This document shows positions 1-10,926 of a stretch of DNA of 32,000 bases, one piece after another. The DNA lies in the NCBI GenBank assembly GCA_965219535.1, contig CBDCNV010000001.1:630001-662000 (forward strand). The letters are read 5' to 3'. Under the pieces are notes generated by a model, which worked only from the letters and a program-made list of their open reading frames with translations, did no database searches and was not told the DNA's origin. Position 1 is the stretch's first letter, and each line of letters begins with the position of its first letter. The stretch comes from Opitutales bacterium (GTDB lineage: Bacteria; Verrucomicrobiota; Verrucomicrobiia; Opitutales; PNEW01). Made by a program: the position numbers and the translations under genes.

Positions 1-195
1 TCGTCCATCCTTGTCAAACATGAGCCCGTTGGCTTCGTTAGTGTCAGTGCGAAATACTGAGCAATCACCGCTGGCCGCATGATAGCGCATGATGCGATGT
101 TCCGGACAATGAGAAAATAATACCGCTTCACCATCCCAAGCGGGTCCTTCCGTGAAGCTGAAAGGTCCTGCAACAAGTTCGAATTCCCAACTCAT
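1..195 (-). CDS. SMP-30/gluconolactonase/LRE-like protein, N-terminal 65 codons only (gene runs off the left edge)
   Basis: Not in the ORF track. Reverse-strand ATG at 195-193 reads MSWEFELVAGPFSFTEGPAWDGEAVLFSHCPEHRIMRYHAASGDCSVFRTDTNEANGLMFDKDGR with no stop to base 1. The TEGPAWD...RIMRY...GLMFDKDGR pattern is typical of this beta-propeller family. Confidence 0.55.
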   Translation of the reverse strand, partial: MSWEFELVAGPFSFTEGPAWDGEAVLFSHCPEHRIMRYHAASGDCSVFRTDTNEANGLMFDKDGR

Positions 196-331
196 GATTT
201 TTAAATAAGAGCCATGATTACTATTATAAAAATTAAATGACTAACGAATACAGTTTAGAATGGATTTAATATAAAGTGAAATTATCTTTTAAAAAATATG
301 AAATTATTTATTTTACTCCTATTAATATTAA

Positions 332-1657
332 TTGGAGACCATGGTATCAGATATAGCGAAACAAAAAAAAGCAACCGTACATACCCTGGGTTGTCGCCTT
401 AACCAATCGGAGTCGCAGATTATTCGTGAAAAGCTGGAAGAGGCGGGTTATCGTTATGTATCTTTTGGTGATAGGGCGGACCTGGCAGTTATTAATACTT
501 GTACCGTAACTCGCGAGGCGGATGCAAAATGCCGACAGGCGATCCGCCAATTTATACGTGCGAATCCGCGCGCTTTTACCGCGGTTGTGGGTTGCTATTC
601 ACAGATGGGTGCCAAGGCCATCGCGGAGATAGACGGCGTCGATCTCATCATCGGAAACCAGGATAAATTGAGCGTACTCGATTATGTCGGTCATGGTAAA
701 AATGAGCGACCGCTTATTGTTCGAGACCGCATCGATAGAGACGATTTCTCTATTCACTTTGTGGGGGATCAGCCATTTGAGAAAAGAGCCAATCTTAAAA
801 TTCAGGACGGGTGCAATTTTATGTGTTCTTTCTGTATTATTCCCTTCGCGCGAGGACGGGCGCGGTCCCGAGGCTATAACAATCTTATGTGTGAGGCCCA
901 AAGCCTGGTCGATCGCGGGGTGCGTGAAATTATTCTCACCGGTGTTAATATCGGAACTTACAATAATCATGACTGTGATATCTTATCGATCGTTGATCAT
1001 CTTAATGCTATCGCGGGTCTCTCGCGTATGCGCATCAGCAGTATCGAACCAACGACGATACCGGTGGCACTTTTAGAGCGTATGGCTGACCCCGAACACG
1101 CCCTTTTGCCCTATTTGCATATTCCACTGCAATCCGGATCGGATAAAATACTCCAGCTCATGCGTCGTAAGTACACTGTTTCTGATTTTGTTAAATTTAT
1201 AAATAATGCCACAAAAAGAGTCCCCGGTCTCTGTATCGGGACGGATATACTTACAGGATTTCCCGGTGAGGGAGAAAAGGAGTTTGATGAAACTTGCCGA
1301 ATCTTTCTCGATAACCCCTTTGCTTATTGTCATGTTTTTACCTACTCGGAGAGAGAGGGAACACCGGCGGTGCGCCAACCGGAGATTGTGCCTGTGTCTG
1401 AACGCAATCGTCGCGGCGCTTATTTACGGCGGCTCAGCGCGAAAAGGCGTTATAATTATTATGAGTCATACCTGGGAAAAACGGTGGAGGTTCTTTTCGA
1501 AGATCGACGTCAGGGCGTTTGGCCAGGTTATACCGGTAATTACATCCGGGTCGTAAGCGAATCGTCCCAGGACTTAACCAATCGGCTGGCCCGTGTGCGC
1601 CTGGAAAAAATAAGCGCTGATTTCGTCGAGGGATCAATTGTCGAAGTGCTAAATTAA
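332..1657 (+). CDS. mtaB: Radical-SAM methylthiotransferase, MiaB-like (MtaB type)
   Basis: N-terminal TLGCRLNQSES methylthiotransferase domain, radical-SAM CNFMCSFCIIP cluster motif, C-terminal TRAM-like segment. The track start is TTG at 332; ATG at 341 is an alternative. Confidence 0.8.
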   Translation: METMVSDIAKQKKATVHTLGCRLNQSESQIIREKLEEAGYRYVSFGDRADLAVINTCTVTREADAKCRQAIRQFIRANPRAFTAVVGCYSQMGAKAIAEIDGVDLIIGNQDKLSVLDYVGHGKNERPLIVRDRIDRDDFSIHFVGDQPFEKRANLKIQDGCNFMCSFCIIPFARGRARSRGYNNLMCEAQSLVDRGVREIILTGVNIGTYNNHDCDILSIVDHLNAIAGLSRMRISSIEPTTIPVALLERMADPEHALLPYLHIPLQSGSDKILQLMRRKYTVSDFVKFINNATKRVPGLCIGTDILTGFPGEGEKEFDETCRIFLDNPFAYCHVFTYSEREGTPAVRQPEIVPVSERNRRGAYLRRLSAKRRYNYYESYLGKTVEVLFEDRRQGVWPGYTGNYIRVVSESSQDLTNRLARVRLEKISADFVEGSIVEVLN

Positions 1658-1661
1658 AAGA

Positions 1662-2342
1662 ATGAAAAAACTTCTGCTCTGGGACATAGATGGGACATTG
1701 CTTAATTCTGGTGGCGCCGGCAGACGGGCCATGGAGAGTGCGATTAATAGGACATTTTCCATCGATGTTTCGCTTGAGACTATTGAATTTAACGGGCGCA
1801 CCGATCAGAATATTCTCAGCCAGTTTTTTAATAAATTTAAATTTGCGGACAGTGAAGAGAGTAGGCTGGAACTGTGTGATTTATATTATGAGCAATTATT
1901 AATTGAAATCCCACAGGGCGAGGGGATGATCCTTCCCGGTGTCATAGAAGTTGTAGAAACCGTACATAGGAGGGATGATTTGAATCAAGGACTGCTCACA
2001 GGTAACTTTGAGCGTGGAGCTCAGGTAAAACTGGAGCATTTTAATCTCTGGCATTATTTTGAATTTGGCGCCTTTGGTGAAGAGAGCGAAGATCGGAATG
2101 AATTGGGGCCAAGAGCTTTGGAGCGCGCAAAGGTTTCCAGCGGCTATAACTATTCTCCAGAACAGGTCTATGTCATCGGTGACACTGCACACGATATCGC
2201 GTGCGGCAAAGCATTAGGCGCGAATACAATTGGCGTGGCAACGGGTTGGACTAAGGCTGACGATCTCGCGGTCCATAATCCGACCGCTCTATTTACGGAT
2301 TTATCTGGGGTTGAGGAATTTTTCCAGATCCTCGATAATTAA
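1662..2342 (+). CDS. HAD-superfamily hydrolase (phosphoglycolate-phosphatase-like)
   Basis: LLLWDIDGTLLNS motif I, LLTGN motif II, YVIGDTAHDI motif IV. Sits 4 nt after the mtaB-like stop. Confidence 0.75.
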   Translation: MKKLLLWDIDGTLLNSGGAGRRAMESAINRTFSIDVSLETIEFNGRTDQNILSQFFNKFKFADSEESRLELCDLYYEQLLIEIPQGEGMILPGVIEVVETVHRRDDLNQGLLTGNFERGAQVKLEHFNLWHYFEFGAFGEESEDRNELGPRALERAKVSSGYNYSPEQVYVIGDTAHDIACGKALGANTIGVATGWTKADDLAVHNPTALFTDLSGVEEFFQILDN

Positions 2343-2494
2343 TCGTCAACTTTTTCATCCGGTGTCTCCTGTTCGAATCCATGAAGGTGTTCGGTTTCAC
2401 CGGGGATGCTCAATACCTTGTATATGCACCACGTGAAGAGGGTGACGACAGTGCCAACTGAGATTATCAGGATAATCCAACCTCCAATTGTCAT
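2339..2494 (-). CDS. 51-aa single-TM protein, probable NSS-transporter small subunit (MetS-like)
   Basis: Below the ORF-track size cut-off. ATG at 2494-2492 overlaps the transporter stop (ATGA). Reads [51 protein letters not shown]. One hydrophobic helix followed by an acidic tail. Confidence 0.6.
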   Translation of the reverse strand: MTIGGWIILIISVGTVVTLFTWCIYKVLSIPGETEHLHGFEQETPDEKVDD

Positions 2495-4239
2495 TTTACT
2501 CCCTCCATTTCATCATTATCATCGATACTGTAACGGCGCACGCGCGAGACGATAATCGCGAAAAATATGGCAACGAAAAGAATAATAGCTATACTAAGCC
2601 ACGCTACGACGGATTTTTCTTCACCGAATAGATCGGTCACGTAAGTGGGGACACTGCTTTGACCGGTCGCGAAATCGAGACCGATTATATTTACAAGAAC
2701 CCAGAGGACAAAAATGGTAAGGAGAAATAGGGGGCAGATGTATTTCATGATCACTTTAAAAAAAGCAGGTATATGAAAAATAGCGCCCTGATGAGCCTCG
2801 GAAAAACCTTTTTCCAATCCCATCGACCAGCCAAAGATGATGATTTGGATCGTCGCGAGGATAAATATGAGAAAAGTGCCGACCCAAAAATCCAGGGTAT
2901 CGAGAGCCTTCACGTCTTTACTAAAGTAAACGACGAATAAGCAACCCATTGCCGTGATCAGCCCGAGTAAGGCAACCGATTGTCGGCGCTTGATATTCAG
3001 TGTCTCCTCGAGGAATGCAATGCCGGGCTGAAGCATGGAAATCGAACTGGTCACCGCGGCGAGGAACAACAAAAAGAAAAAGAGAAAACCAAAGACCGTC
3101 CCCAATGGCATTTCAGAAAAAACCATCGGGAGGATATTAAAGCCCAGGCCAAAAGTAGATTGACCTGCTACCCCGGCAACACCGAGAAAGGCAAACCCCG
3201 CGGGCACAGTTATCAGTCCACCCAGGCCCACTTCGCAAAATTCATTGGCGCTCGTCGCCGCAAGGCCGCTCAGAACAAGGTCATCTTTCTTCGAAAGATA
3301 ACTGGCATAGGTCATGATGATGCCAAAGCCAACAGAGAGTGAAAAGAAAATCTGTCCTGCCGCGGCTAACCACACTTGCGGGTTGAGGAGCTGCTCGCCA
3401 ATCGTCCTAACGTATAAACGCTGATCGGGATTTTCGGCAACTTCAGCGCGCGCCTTATCGAGCGTGGTTTTGCCAACGAGTTCCCCTCTGTCCACCCAAG
3501 TTATTTCACCGGAATTGGAATCGATCGTTTTTTCCTGGAGAATAACCTTATTAGGGTTCCACATAAAACCGAGACCATTGCCGACGTTGTTTTCGGGTTG
3601 CTCGCTTACCGGTGCGCCAAGGGTTAAAACGCGGACGAGAATAATGAGCGCGATAATAAGCAGTGTGGGCATGGCATATTTGCAAAACAGTTCAATGCCT
3701 TTTGCGATTCCCCGGTAGATAAGAAAAAAGTTAAGAACAAAAACCAGAAGTAGATAGACACCGACGTTTTTAATGCCAAATCCAAAGGCATCACCGTCTG
3801 CTCCAATCCCGATAAAGTTGCCCCAGAATTCCCCTGCATCGCCAACGGCGTTAAAATCCATATTGCCGACGACAAAATTAACTGCGTAGCCTAAACACCA
3901 GGCCTCAATGTAAACATAATACATGTAGATTATGATTGGAATAATGACCCCGATAATCCCTAAATATTTAGCGGCTGGATGACGCCAGATTGCATTCAAA
4001 ATGCCGGGACAGGAATTAAACCCACGCTGCCCCCCGTATCTTCCCATAGTCCACTCTGCCCAACAGATAGGCAGGCCGATGATGAGAAAGGAAATAAAGT
4101 AAGCGAGCATGAAAGCGCCACCTCCGTTTTGTGCTGCTTGTCCGGGAAAACGAAGGAAATTACCCAATCCCACCGCGCTACCAGATACGGCAAGAATTAC
4201 GCCTATGCGTGAATTCCAGGAATCCTTTTGGTTGACCAT
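2491..4239 (-). CDS. Sodium-dependent transporter, neurotransmitter:sodium symporter (NSS/SNF) family
   Basis: N-terminal [25 protein letters not shown] signature. About 12 hydrophobic segments across 582 aa. Confidence 0.85.
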   Translation of the reverse strand: MVNQKDSWNSRIGVILAVSGSAVGLGNFLRFPGQAAQNGGGAFMLAYFISFLIIGLPICWAEWTMGRYGGQRGFNSCPGILNAIWRHPAAKYLGIIGVIIPIIIYMYYVYIEAWCLGYAVNFVVGNMDFNAVGDAGEFWGNFIGIGADGDAFGFGIKNVGVYLLLVFVLNFFLIYRGIAKGIELFCKYAMPTLLIIALIILVRVLTLGAPVSEQPENNVGNGLGFMWNPNKVILQEKTIDSNSGEITWVDRGELVGKTTLDKARAEVAENPDQRLYVRTIGEQLLNPQVWLAAAGQIFFSLSVGFGIIMTYASYLSKKDDLVLSGLAATSANEFCEVGLGGLITVPAGFAFLGVAGVAGQSTFGLGFNILPMVFSEMPLGTVFGFLFFFLLFLAAVTSSISMLQPGIAFLEETLNIKRRQSVALLGLITAMGCLFVVYFSKDVKALDTLDFWVGTFLIFILATIQIIIFGWSMGLEKGFSEAHQGAIFHIPAFFKVIMKYICPLFLLTIFVLWVLVNIIGLDFATGQSSVPTYVTDLFGEEKSVVAWLSIAIILFVAIFFAIIVSRVRRYSIDDNDEMEGVK

Positions 4240-4425
4240 AATATCACGTATTTGAAGTTTCCTTGCTCAAAGAAGCCAGCAAAAAATTATGTCTCCCATC
4301 GCTCATACATAAATATTTATTTAAAGAGAGCATTAAAGATAAAGTTATGGTTGAATAAGATCTAAATAACTTATCGCTGTGTTTATCAGATTTCATTTTC
4401 AGGAAATTAATTAAGCATATAAATT

Positions 4426-5538
4426 GTGACTATTTTTGACCGTTATATATTCTCGGAGTGGGTGAAGACATTTTCACTTGCCATGGGTCTTACTCTCGGG
4501 TTGCTCCTGATGGAGGATATGTATGACGACCTTCCGGACTTGCTCGCCTATGGGGCAAATATCATGGATGTTGCCTGGTATTATCTGGTGTTGTTGCCCA
4601 GCTTTCTGCCCATTGTTTTACCGCTCGCGCTCCTGATCTCTGTGTTATTCAGCTTGGGGAACCTACACCGCAATAACGAAATAATTGCGATGCGTGCTTG
4701 CGGGCTGAGCCTCTATAAGTTGACACGTAGTTTGTGGACGATGGGGACAGTCTTTACCTTTCTCCTCTTTTACCTTAATGCCCAGCTTGTTCCCTGGTCC
4801 GTCGAACAATCGCGTAAAATCTGGGATAATTACGCTTTTGCGGAGCAGCTGACGCAAAAAGATGAAGAAAATGTCGGGTTAATATATAATCTTTCGTTCT
4901 ATAATCACAAAGAAAAGCGGCTTTGGTTCATGAACAGGTTCAGCGAATACAACTACCGTGGTTATGGGATAACGGTTTCTATCCTCGATGGAAATCGTCG
5001 TGAAATTACTCGGCTTCTGGCAAATGAGGGTTATTACGATGATTTAGATGGCCACTGGGTTTTTATTAAAGGGCGTGAAACCATCTTTGACCCCGAGCAG
5101 GGAGACCCGATTCACTCCCTTAGCTTTAAAAGAAAGATCCTGACTTATTTAACCGAAGAACCGGCGCTTATGAACTCATTGGAAAAACGACCTAAAGATT
5201 TATCTTTTTTTCAGTTAGGGAAGATACTGGATAAAATATCCGCCAAAGACGATCCGCGTGTCAATGGGTATGCGGTTCGCTATCACAGTATATTGGCCAA
5301 TCCCTTCAGTTGTCTTATTGTACTGGGCCTTGCGGTTCCTTATGCCGTCGCCGGAGTGCGGGTAAATCCCATGGTCGGAGTTTCAAAATCATTTGGTCTG
5401 TTTTTAGCTTATTACTTCATGTCCAGTTTCTGTACCCTATTAGGTGAGCGACAAATCATTGAACCTTTTCAAGCAGCCTGGCTACCCAATGTTTTTATGT
5501 TTTTTTTCGCACTTTTTCTCTATCGCAAAGCTATTTAA
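4426..5538 (+). CDS. LptF/LptG-family (YjgP/YjgQ) LPS export permease
   Basis: IFDRYIFSEW N-terminus, three N-terminal TM segments, a periplasmic beta-jellyroll-sized insert, and C-terminal TM segments. GTG start. Confidence 0.75.
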   Translation: MTIFDRYIFSEWVKTFSLAMGLTLGLLLMEDMYDDLPDLLAYGANIMDVAWYYLVLLPSFLPIVLPLALLISVLFSLGNLHRNNEIIAMRACGLSLYKLTRSLWTMGTVFTFLLFYLNAQLVPWSVEQSRKIWDNYAFAEQLTQKDEENVGLIYNLSFYNHKEKRLWFMNRFSEYNYRGYGITVSILDGNRREITRLLANEGYYDDLDGHWVFIKGRETIFDPEQGDPIHSLSFKRKILTYLTEEPALMNSLEKRPKDLSFFQLGKILDKISAKDDPRVNGYAVRYHSILANPFSCLIVLGLAVPYAVAGVRVNPMVGVSKSFGLFLAYYFMSSFCTLLGERQIIEPFQAAWLPNVFMFFFALFLYRKAI

Positions 5539-6213
5539 TTGCGTAGCTACATGTGCAGTTTTTATTCAAAAGAGGAGAGAAAAACATCAATAGCTTCATT
5601 GACTTTGGCGGTGATGTTGAAGGTGCCGGGCGCTATTGAAGTCAAGTCCCGCCTCGCTAAAAGTATCGGCGTTGAACAGGCGATTCTTGCCTACCGCCTG
5701 ATGGTCGAAACATTTCTCGCCCACCTTCCTGTGGGAAGCGTGAGAGAAATCTATTACACACCTGCACAGGCTGAAGGGAAAATAAAGAGCTGGCTCGGGG
5801 GTCAGTATACCTATTATTGCCAGGCAGAGGGTGATTTGGGAAATCGTCTCTCTACGGCGTGTGAAGAATCATTGGGGCGGGGTGCCGAAGCCGTAGTTTT
5901 AATGGGTGGTGACTGCCCCTACATCAACCAGTCTGTAATTGAGGAAGTGGCTGAAGGTCTGAATAGAAAGGATATTGTCATTGGACCAACCCTGGATGGC
6001 GGGTACTATTTAATTGCTTGTAAACAGCCTATACCCGACCTGTTTAAGAGTATTAACTGGAGTACTGATTCTGTATTTCTTGAAACCCGGGAACGGATAA
6101 AGACCTTGGGTTTAACCGTTTTTATTTTGAATCCGCTGGAAGACGTCGATGATTTAGCCAGCTGGCAACGAGCTGAAGTCTATATCAATGATGAGGTGGG
6201 CCCAGAGAATTGA
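5539..6213 (+). CDS. DUF2064 / TIGR04282-type glycosyltransferase-like protein
   Basis: Motifs VMLKVPGAIEVKSRL, GDLGNRL, GGDCPYI, GPTLDGGYYLIA, INWSTDSV. The true start is probably internal (ATG 5551 or 5614), because family members begin just before the K.P..G.VK.RL motif. Confidence 0.65.
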   Translation: MRSYMCSFYSKEERKTSIASLTLAVMLKVPGAIEVKSRLAKSIGVEQAILAYRLMVETFLAHLPVGSVREIYYTPAQAEGKIKSWLGGQYTYYCQAEGDLGNRLSTACEESLGRGAEAVVLMGGDCPYINQSVIEEVAEGLNRKDIVIGPTLDGGYYLIACKQPIPDLFKSINWSTDSVFLETRERIKTLGLTVFILNPLEDVDDLASWQRAEVYINDEVGPEN

Positions 6214-6256
6214 TATCAAGACTCCGTGTAGATTGAGCCCTATCTCTTAAATGTAT

Positions 6257-7057
6257 CTACAGATCATAAGTGGGAGAAAGGCTTTTTATAGGATCAATGA
6301 CACTGATCGAAAAATTTTTGATAAACCCTTTTTGAGGACTGAACATGTCGTTCAATAGAGCCTTACTGTTACAATCCTTACTTAAATGGGCGAGATGAAC
6401 ATCCTTCCATTTCGTTTCATCCATCTCATTTAAGAATGTATGGACGGTTTCGTTTGAGAGGTGTCCGTGCCGGCCTTTTATGCGTTGTTTAACCGACCAT
6501 GGTCGGTGCGTATCTTCATCGAGAAGGTGAATATCGTGATTGGCTTCAATGACAAGAAGATCGACTCCGCGCACGCGCTCGCGAACCAATTGTGGGATAT
6601 AACCCAAATCTAACACCCAACCGATACTTCGGGATGTTTCATACTCCGTACCCGGTATATTGTGGATGACGAAGCCCACCGGATCACAGGCATCGTGAGG
6701 AACGACAAACGTACTTATTTCGAGATCACGATACTGGAATGTAGTTCCCGTTTCGAATAATTTCCAATTAATACGTCGCTTTAGATTATCTTGTAAGAAT
6801 TTGGCCGTTGCATGATTGGCAAATATTTTCAATTGAGGGAGCCGAGAAAGGCCCCTGATGCCGGAGGCATGATCACCATGTTCGTGAGTGAGAAAAACAG
6901 CATCAATTGTATCAATAGATTCGCCGCATTCCTCAAGCATTTCTCCAAGGCGGCGCGCGGAAAAACCTGCATCAATGAGAACTTTACAATTATCGGTAAT
7001 GAGGAGAGCGGCATTACCAGAACTGCTGCTACCCAATATTTTGAAACGCATGGCCAT
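6257..7057 (-). CDS. MBL-fold metallo-hydrolase
   Basis: ILGSSSSGNA, LIDAGFS, THEHGDH (HxHxDH) and a C-terminal HLS motif. Confidence 0.8.
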   Translation of the reverse strand: MAMRFKILGSSSSGNAALLITDNCKVLIDAGFSARRLGEMLEECGESIDTIDAVFLTHEHGDHASGIRGLSRLPQLKIFANHATAKFLQDNLKRRINWKLFETGTTFQYRDLEISTFVVPHDACDPVGFVIHNIPGTEYETSRSIGWVLDLGYIPQLVRERVRGVDLLVIEANHDIHLLDEDTHRPWSVKQRIKGRHGHLSNETVHTFLNEMDETKWKDVHLAHLSKDCNSKALLNDMFSPQKGFIKNFSISVIDPIKSLSPTYDL

Positions 7058-7378
7058 GCAGTTTCATTATCTGAAATCAGGGCGTTGTAATTGCAAATTT
7101 ATTCTTACATTGCATCTCACATATTCTTATGCAATTGTGAGGAGTGTACTCTGGACGAAGTTATTCATGACTCGCACGCTCTCTACAATGACAAGAGAGA
7201 CTTAAATGGTGAGTGGCTTCAATTTCCTCACAGCTGGATATTAACCGTAGATTATCAACCTCTTACTTCCTAAAAAATAATTCTAATAGCCAAGGAGGCC
7301 GATAAAGGCATTATCTTAGGAATATTTTGACTTTTCATGACATCTTACCATTTTTAGAGGCTCAATTTTACTTTTACC

Positions 7379-8356
7379 ATGGATAACGAAAATAAAATCA
7401 CCAGCTCTCAACCTGCGGCAGATGAGAAGTCGATACAACGGGGCTTTAATAAAAATTATACGGTTACCGACGAGTATAGAAATTCACTGCCTGATTGCCA
7501 GAATGCAGCGAGTGACGAGATCCAGGGTGCTAATGTACCCATTTTACAAGTTGGTATTTCTAATTTTCGGTTACCGCTAAATTTCCTTACAAAGGAGAAT
7601 GAAACTGTCTCGCTTGAAACTTCCGTTACCGGCACCGTTTCACATGCGGCTGACACTAAGGGGATAAATATGTCCCGAATAATACGGACGTTTTATGACT
7701 TCAAGGAACGCATTTTTACCAAGGAATTACTGGAGGAGATATTATTGCGCTACAAAGAAGACCACGGCAGCAGTAGGGCGCACTTGAAATTGAGTTTCTC
7801 CTATCCGTTGCTTCAGAAAAGTCTGCGTAGCAATCTCGAAGGCTATCAGTATTATGCCGTCGTATTTGAAAGTATTCTCGATGATCTCGATCGCTGTCGA
7901 AAAATTATACACTTTGATTATGTTTATTCTTCTACTTGCCCTTGTTCTACCGAGCTGGCTGAACACGCTCGCGAAACACGTCAGACCTTTGCCATTCCCC
8001 ACAGTCAGCGGAGCAAAGCGCGTATAAGCGCGGAGATACGTCCCGGTTATCAAGTCAGCATTGAAGATCTGAATCTCCATTGTCTTAACGCCCTTCAGAC
8101 TGAATCTCAAGTTATGGTGAAGCGGGAAGATGAGCAGGCATTTGCAGAACTCAATGGATCCAATGTAAAATTTGTTGAAGACGCGGCGCGATTACTCTAT
8201 GAGCAGCTCGATGAGGATGAACGGATTGTAGATTTTCAGATCGCTTGCGCCCATCTCGAATCGCTTCACTCGCATGATGCCGTTTCAGTTATAAATAAAG
8301 GTGTAAACGGCGGATTTAAAAGTGAGATAGATGACTTCAAGAGTCTTATCTGCTAA
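7379..8356 (+). CDS. folE2: GTP cyclohydrolase I type 2 (FolE2/MptA family)
   Basis: LPDCQ...[42 protein letters not shown] and [10 protein letters not shown] motifs of the DUF198/FolE2 family. Confidence 0.8.
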   Translation: MDNENKITSSQPAADEKSIQRGFNKNYTVTDEYRNSLPDCQNAASDEIQGANVPILQVGISNFRLPLNFLTKENETVSLETSVTGTVSHAADTKGINMSRIIRTFYDFKERIFTKELLEEILLRYKEDHGSSRAHLKLSFSYPLLQKSLRSNLEGYQYYAVVFESILDDLDRCRKIIHFDYVYSSTCPCSTELAEHARETRQTFAIPHSQRSKARISAEIRPGYQVSIEDLNLHCLNALQTESQVMVKREDEQAFAELNGSNVKFVEDAARLLYEQLDEDERIVDFQIACAHLESLHSHDAVSVINKGVNGGFKSEIDDFKSLIC

Positions 8357-8498
8357 TAAATCTGCATATTTTATACTAAGGATGTCGAGTTTAACCCCCG
8401 CTGTGAATGGGAGTAGGGTGGAATCAAGAACAACTGGACTGTCATCAGTAATTCGAAGTGAGGCGCCGTCGTTACAAATTGCTAAAATCTCAGCTGAA

Positions 8499-9530
8499 TT
8501 ATAAAAGTTCGAGCTGATCTTTACCCTGCTGCATCGGGACCCCGCTTACATCAAATCCTTTTTTTGTCAGGGTGCGACCTTGGGGTGTGCGTTGAAGGTA
8601 GCCTTCCTGTATGAGGTAGGGTTCATTGACTTCTTCCAGTGTATGCTCTTCCTCACCCACCGCTATAGCGATGGTGCTCAAACCCACCGGACCGCCCGAA
8701 TAATTTTCTGCCATCACTTGAAGAATGCGTTTGTCCATTTCATCGAGACCGCGGGCATCTATTTCAAGCAGCTCCAGCGCATCTTCTGCGACCTTACGAG
8801 TTATCTTTCCATCGGCACGCTGTTGCGCAAAGTCGCGAACGAAGTAAATTAGATTGTTGGCGATGCGAGGAGTGCCGCGTGCGCGTCCGGCGATTTCCTT
8901 AGCCCCTTCATTATTAATACTGATATTGAGCAATTTGCAGCTGCGTTTTACAATAGATACTAGATCTTTATGGTGGTAATATCCCAGGCGCGTTTGAAGG
9001 GTAAACCGACTTCTGAGAGGTGAGGTTAATAGACCTATTCGCGTGGTAGCTCCGACGAGTGTAAAACGCGGGAGGTTAAGTCTTACGCTGCGCGCATTCG
9101 GGCCCTGGTCGAGCATGATATCGATGCGGAAATCTTCCATTGCCGAGTAAAGATATTCTTCCACCGTCTTGGGAATTCGATGAATCTCGTCGATAAAGAG
9201 AATGTCGCCTTCCACGAGATTAGTAAGCATACCGGCGAGGTCACCCGGTTTTTCAATGACCGGTCCTGAAGTCGGTCGCAGATTCGATTCCATCGATTGA
9301 GAGAGGATGGAAGCAAGAGTCGTTTTTCCTAACCCGGGTGGCCCACTAAAAAGAATGTGATTGAGAACATCACCGCGCCCGCGCGCTGCGCCAACCATCA
9401 CTTGCAGCCGTTCAATGGACTTGGTCTGCCCGGTAAACTCATCGAAGCTAAGCGGCCGTAAAGCTGAATCTACCGTCTCATCCGGTTCGAGAGCAGTATT
9501 CAGATAGTTGGTTTTTTCCGGTTCGCTCAC
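8499..9530 (-). CDS. ruvB: Holliday junction branch-migration helicase RuvB
   Basis: [12 protein letters not shown], Walker [12 protein letters not shown], Walker B LFIDEIHR, a winged-helix C-terminus. GTG start. Confidence 0.95.
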   Translation of the reverse strand: MSEPEKTNYLNTALEPDETVDSALRPLSFDEFTGQTKSIERLQVMVGAARGRGDVLNHILFSGPPGLGKTTLASILSQSMESNLRPTSGPVIEKPGDLAGMLTNLVEGDILFIDEIHRIPKTVEEYLYSAMEDFRIDIMLDQGPNARSVRLNLPRFTLVGATTRIGLLTSPLRSRFTLQTRLGYYHHKDLVSIVKRSCKLLNISINNEGAKEIAGRARGTPRIANNLIYFVRDFAQQRADGKITRKVAEDALELLEIDARGLDEMDKRILQVMAENYSGGPVGLSTIAIAVGEEEHTLEEVNEPYLIQEGYLQRTPQGRTLTKKGFDVSGVPMQQGKDQLELL

Positions 9531-9612
9531 AAAGTGACAATGGATCTATTATCTATGATAAACAAACCAAAAAAGGGAAGTTTGCTAAAAGAATTTAGTC
9601 CCTCCACTATTA

Positions 9613-10917
9613 TTAAACAGCTTCAGCTTGTAAATCTTTTGGCATCTCCTCAACTGACATACGAGCGATGTCTGCTCCCAGTGACTGGAGCTTTGCGTCT
9701 ATTTTATCATAACCCCGGTCGAGATGGTAAATACGCTGAATCCAGGTTTCACCTGAAGCGGCGAGTCCGGAGAGCAAAAGCGCGGCGCTGGCTCTCAGGT
9801 CTGAGGCCATAACGGGTGCACCGGAAAGCCCGGGTTTGCCCTGGATAATCGCACTTGGACCTTCGATCGCAATGTCGGCACCCATGCGCTGCAATTCCGG
9901 CACATGCATAAAGCGATTGGGGAAAACGCGTTCCGTGATAATACTGAGACCTGGCGTAACACTTAATAGCGCGCACATCTGCGCCTGTAAATCAGTGGGA
10001 AATCCGGGATGTGGTAAGGTAATGATATCCACGGGCCGCCTATTCTGAGTGTCGCCCGCTACGTTGATATCTCCGTTTTCGTTTACTGTCACTGGAATAT
10101 TAGATTCTTCCAGCTTGTCGAGCAAGGCACGCAGATGATTGGGTTCGGAGTCGGTGATCGTAATATCTCCTCCGGAAATCGCACCTGCCAAGATGAAGGT
10201 ACCCGTCTCAATACGATCGGCAATGACGTGATGTTCACAGCCATGCAGGCTTTCTACTCCAGTGATAGTCAGAGCATGTCCACCAATGCCCTCTATTTTT
10301 GCACCCATCGCCGTAAGCATGTGACAGAGATCCACAATCTCCGGTTCGCAAGCCGCGCTTTCAATTCTTGTCTTACCAGGAGCGAGGACAGCGGCCATAA
10401 GAATATTAGCAGTGCCCGTCGCGGTGGTACCGAAACGACCACCAAGGAAAATATCAGCGCCTGTCATGTGATTGCCGTCTACATGGATATATCCATTTTC
10501 GATCTTAATCTCACAGCCCAGTTTAGTAAGACCTTTCAAATGTAGATCGATGGGACGCGGGCCAATAATGCAGCCCCCGGGGAGTGAGACTTCAGCATGA
10601 CGCAGCCTGCCTACCAATGGGCCAAGTAAACAGATTGAAGCGCGCATTTTACGTACCAATTCATAAGGCGCTTTCGTGTTGATATGTTGAGCCCGAATCC
10701 GCCAGGTTTCTGGTTCTATTTGCTCTGCATTAGCCCCAAGGTATTGGAGGATTTCTCCCATAAAACGGACGTCACTTAAATTAGGTACTCGGTGAAGCGT
10801 GCACGGTTCCTCCGTCAGCAAGGTAGCTGCCATGATGGGTAAAGCAGCATTCTTCGCTCCGCTGACGCGCACTTTTCCTTTTAACGGAATACCTCCTTTT
10901 ATGCGAATTACTTCCAT
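9613..10917 (-). CDS. murA: UDP-N-acetylglucosamine 1-carboxyvinyltransferase MurA
   Basis: Full-length EPSP-synthase-fold sequence with VSGAKNAALPIMAA, LPGGCIIGPRPIDLH (active-site Cys loop) and HLDRGYDKID. Confidence 0.95.
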   Translation of the reverse strand: MEVIRIKGGIPLKGKVRVSGAKNAALPIMAATLLTEEPCTLHRVPNLSDVRFMGEILQYLGANAEQIEPETWRIRAQHINTKAPYELVRKMRASICLLGPLVGRLRHAEVSLPGGCIIGPRPIDLHLKGLTKLGCEIKIENGYIHVDGNHMTGADIFLGGRFGTTATGTANILMAAVLAPGKTRIESAACEPEIVDLCHMLTAMGAKIEGIGGHALTITGVESLHGCEHHVIADRIETGTFILAGAISGGDITITDSEPNHLRALLDKLEESNIPVTVNENGDINVAGDTQNRRPVDIITLPHPGFPTDLQAQMCALLSVTPGLSIITERVFPNRFMHVPELQRMGADIAIEGPSAIIQGKPGLSGAPVMASDLRASAALLLSGLAASGETWIQRIYHLDRGYDKIDAKLQSLGADIARMSVEEMPKDLQAEAV

Positions 10918-10926
10918 CGTTGAGCA

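Noticed and set aside
2371-2380. GTTCGAATCC, a tRNA T-loop-like decamer
   Set aside because: The flanking bases do not form a T-stem or acceptor stem. The site lies inside the 51-aa small-subunit ORF.
6227-6261. 7-bp inverted repeat TGTAGAT...ATCTACA between the convergent DUF2064 and MBL genes, considered as a bidirectional terminator
   Set aside because: Weak stem, 21-nt loop, no U-tract, and it overlaps the MBL stop codon.
7091-7146. Interleaved short repeats upstream of folE2 (ATTGCAT/ATGCAAT and CTCACA/TGTGAG; direct ATTCTTA..TGCA repeats 22 bp apart), considered as a Zur box or riboswitch
   Set aside because: The repeats are only 6-7 nt in AT-rich DNA and are ordered A-B-A'-B', so they do not form a clean palindrome. 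There is no match to the Zur, THF or preQ1 motifs I know. I cannot distinguish this from chance.
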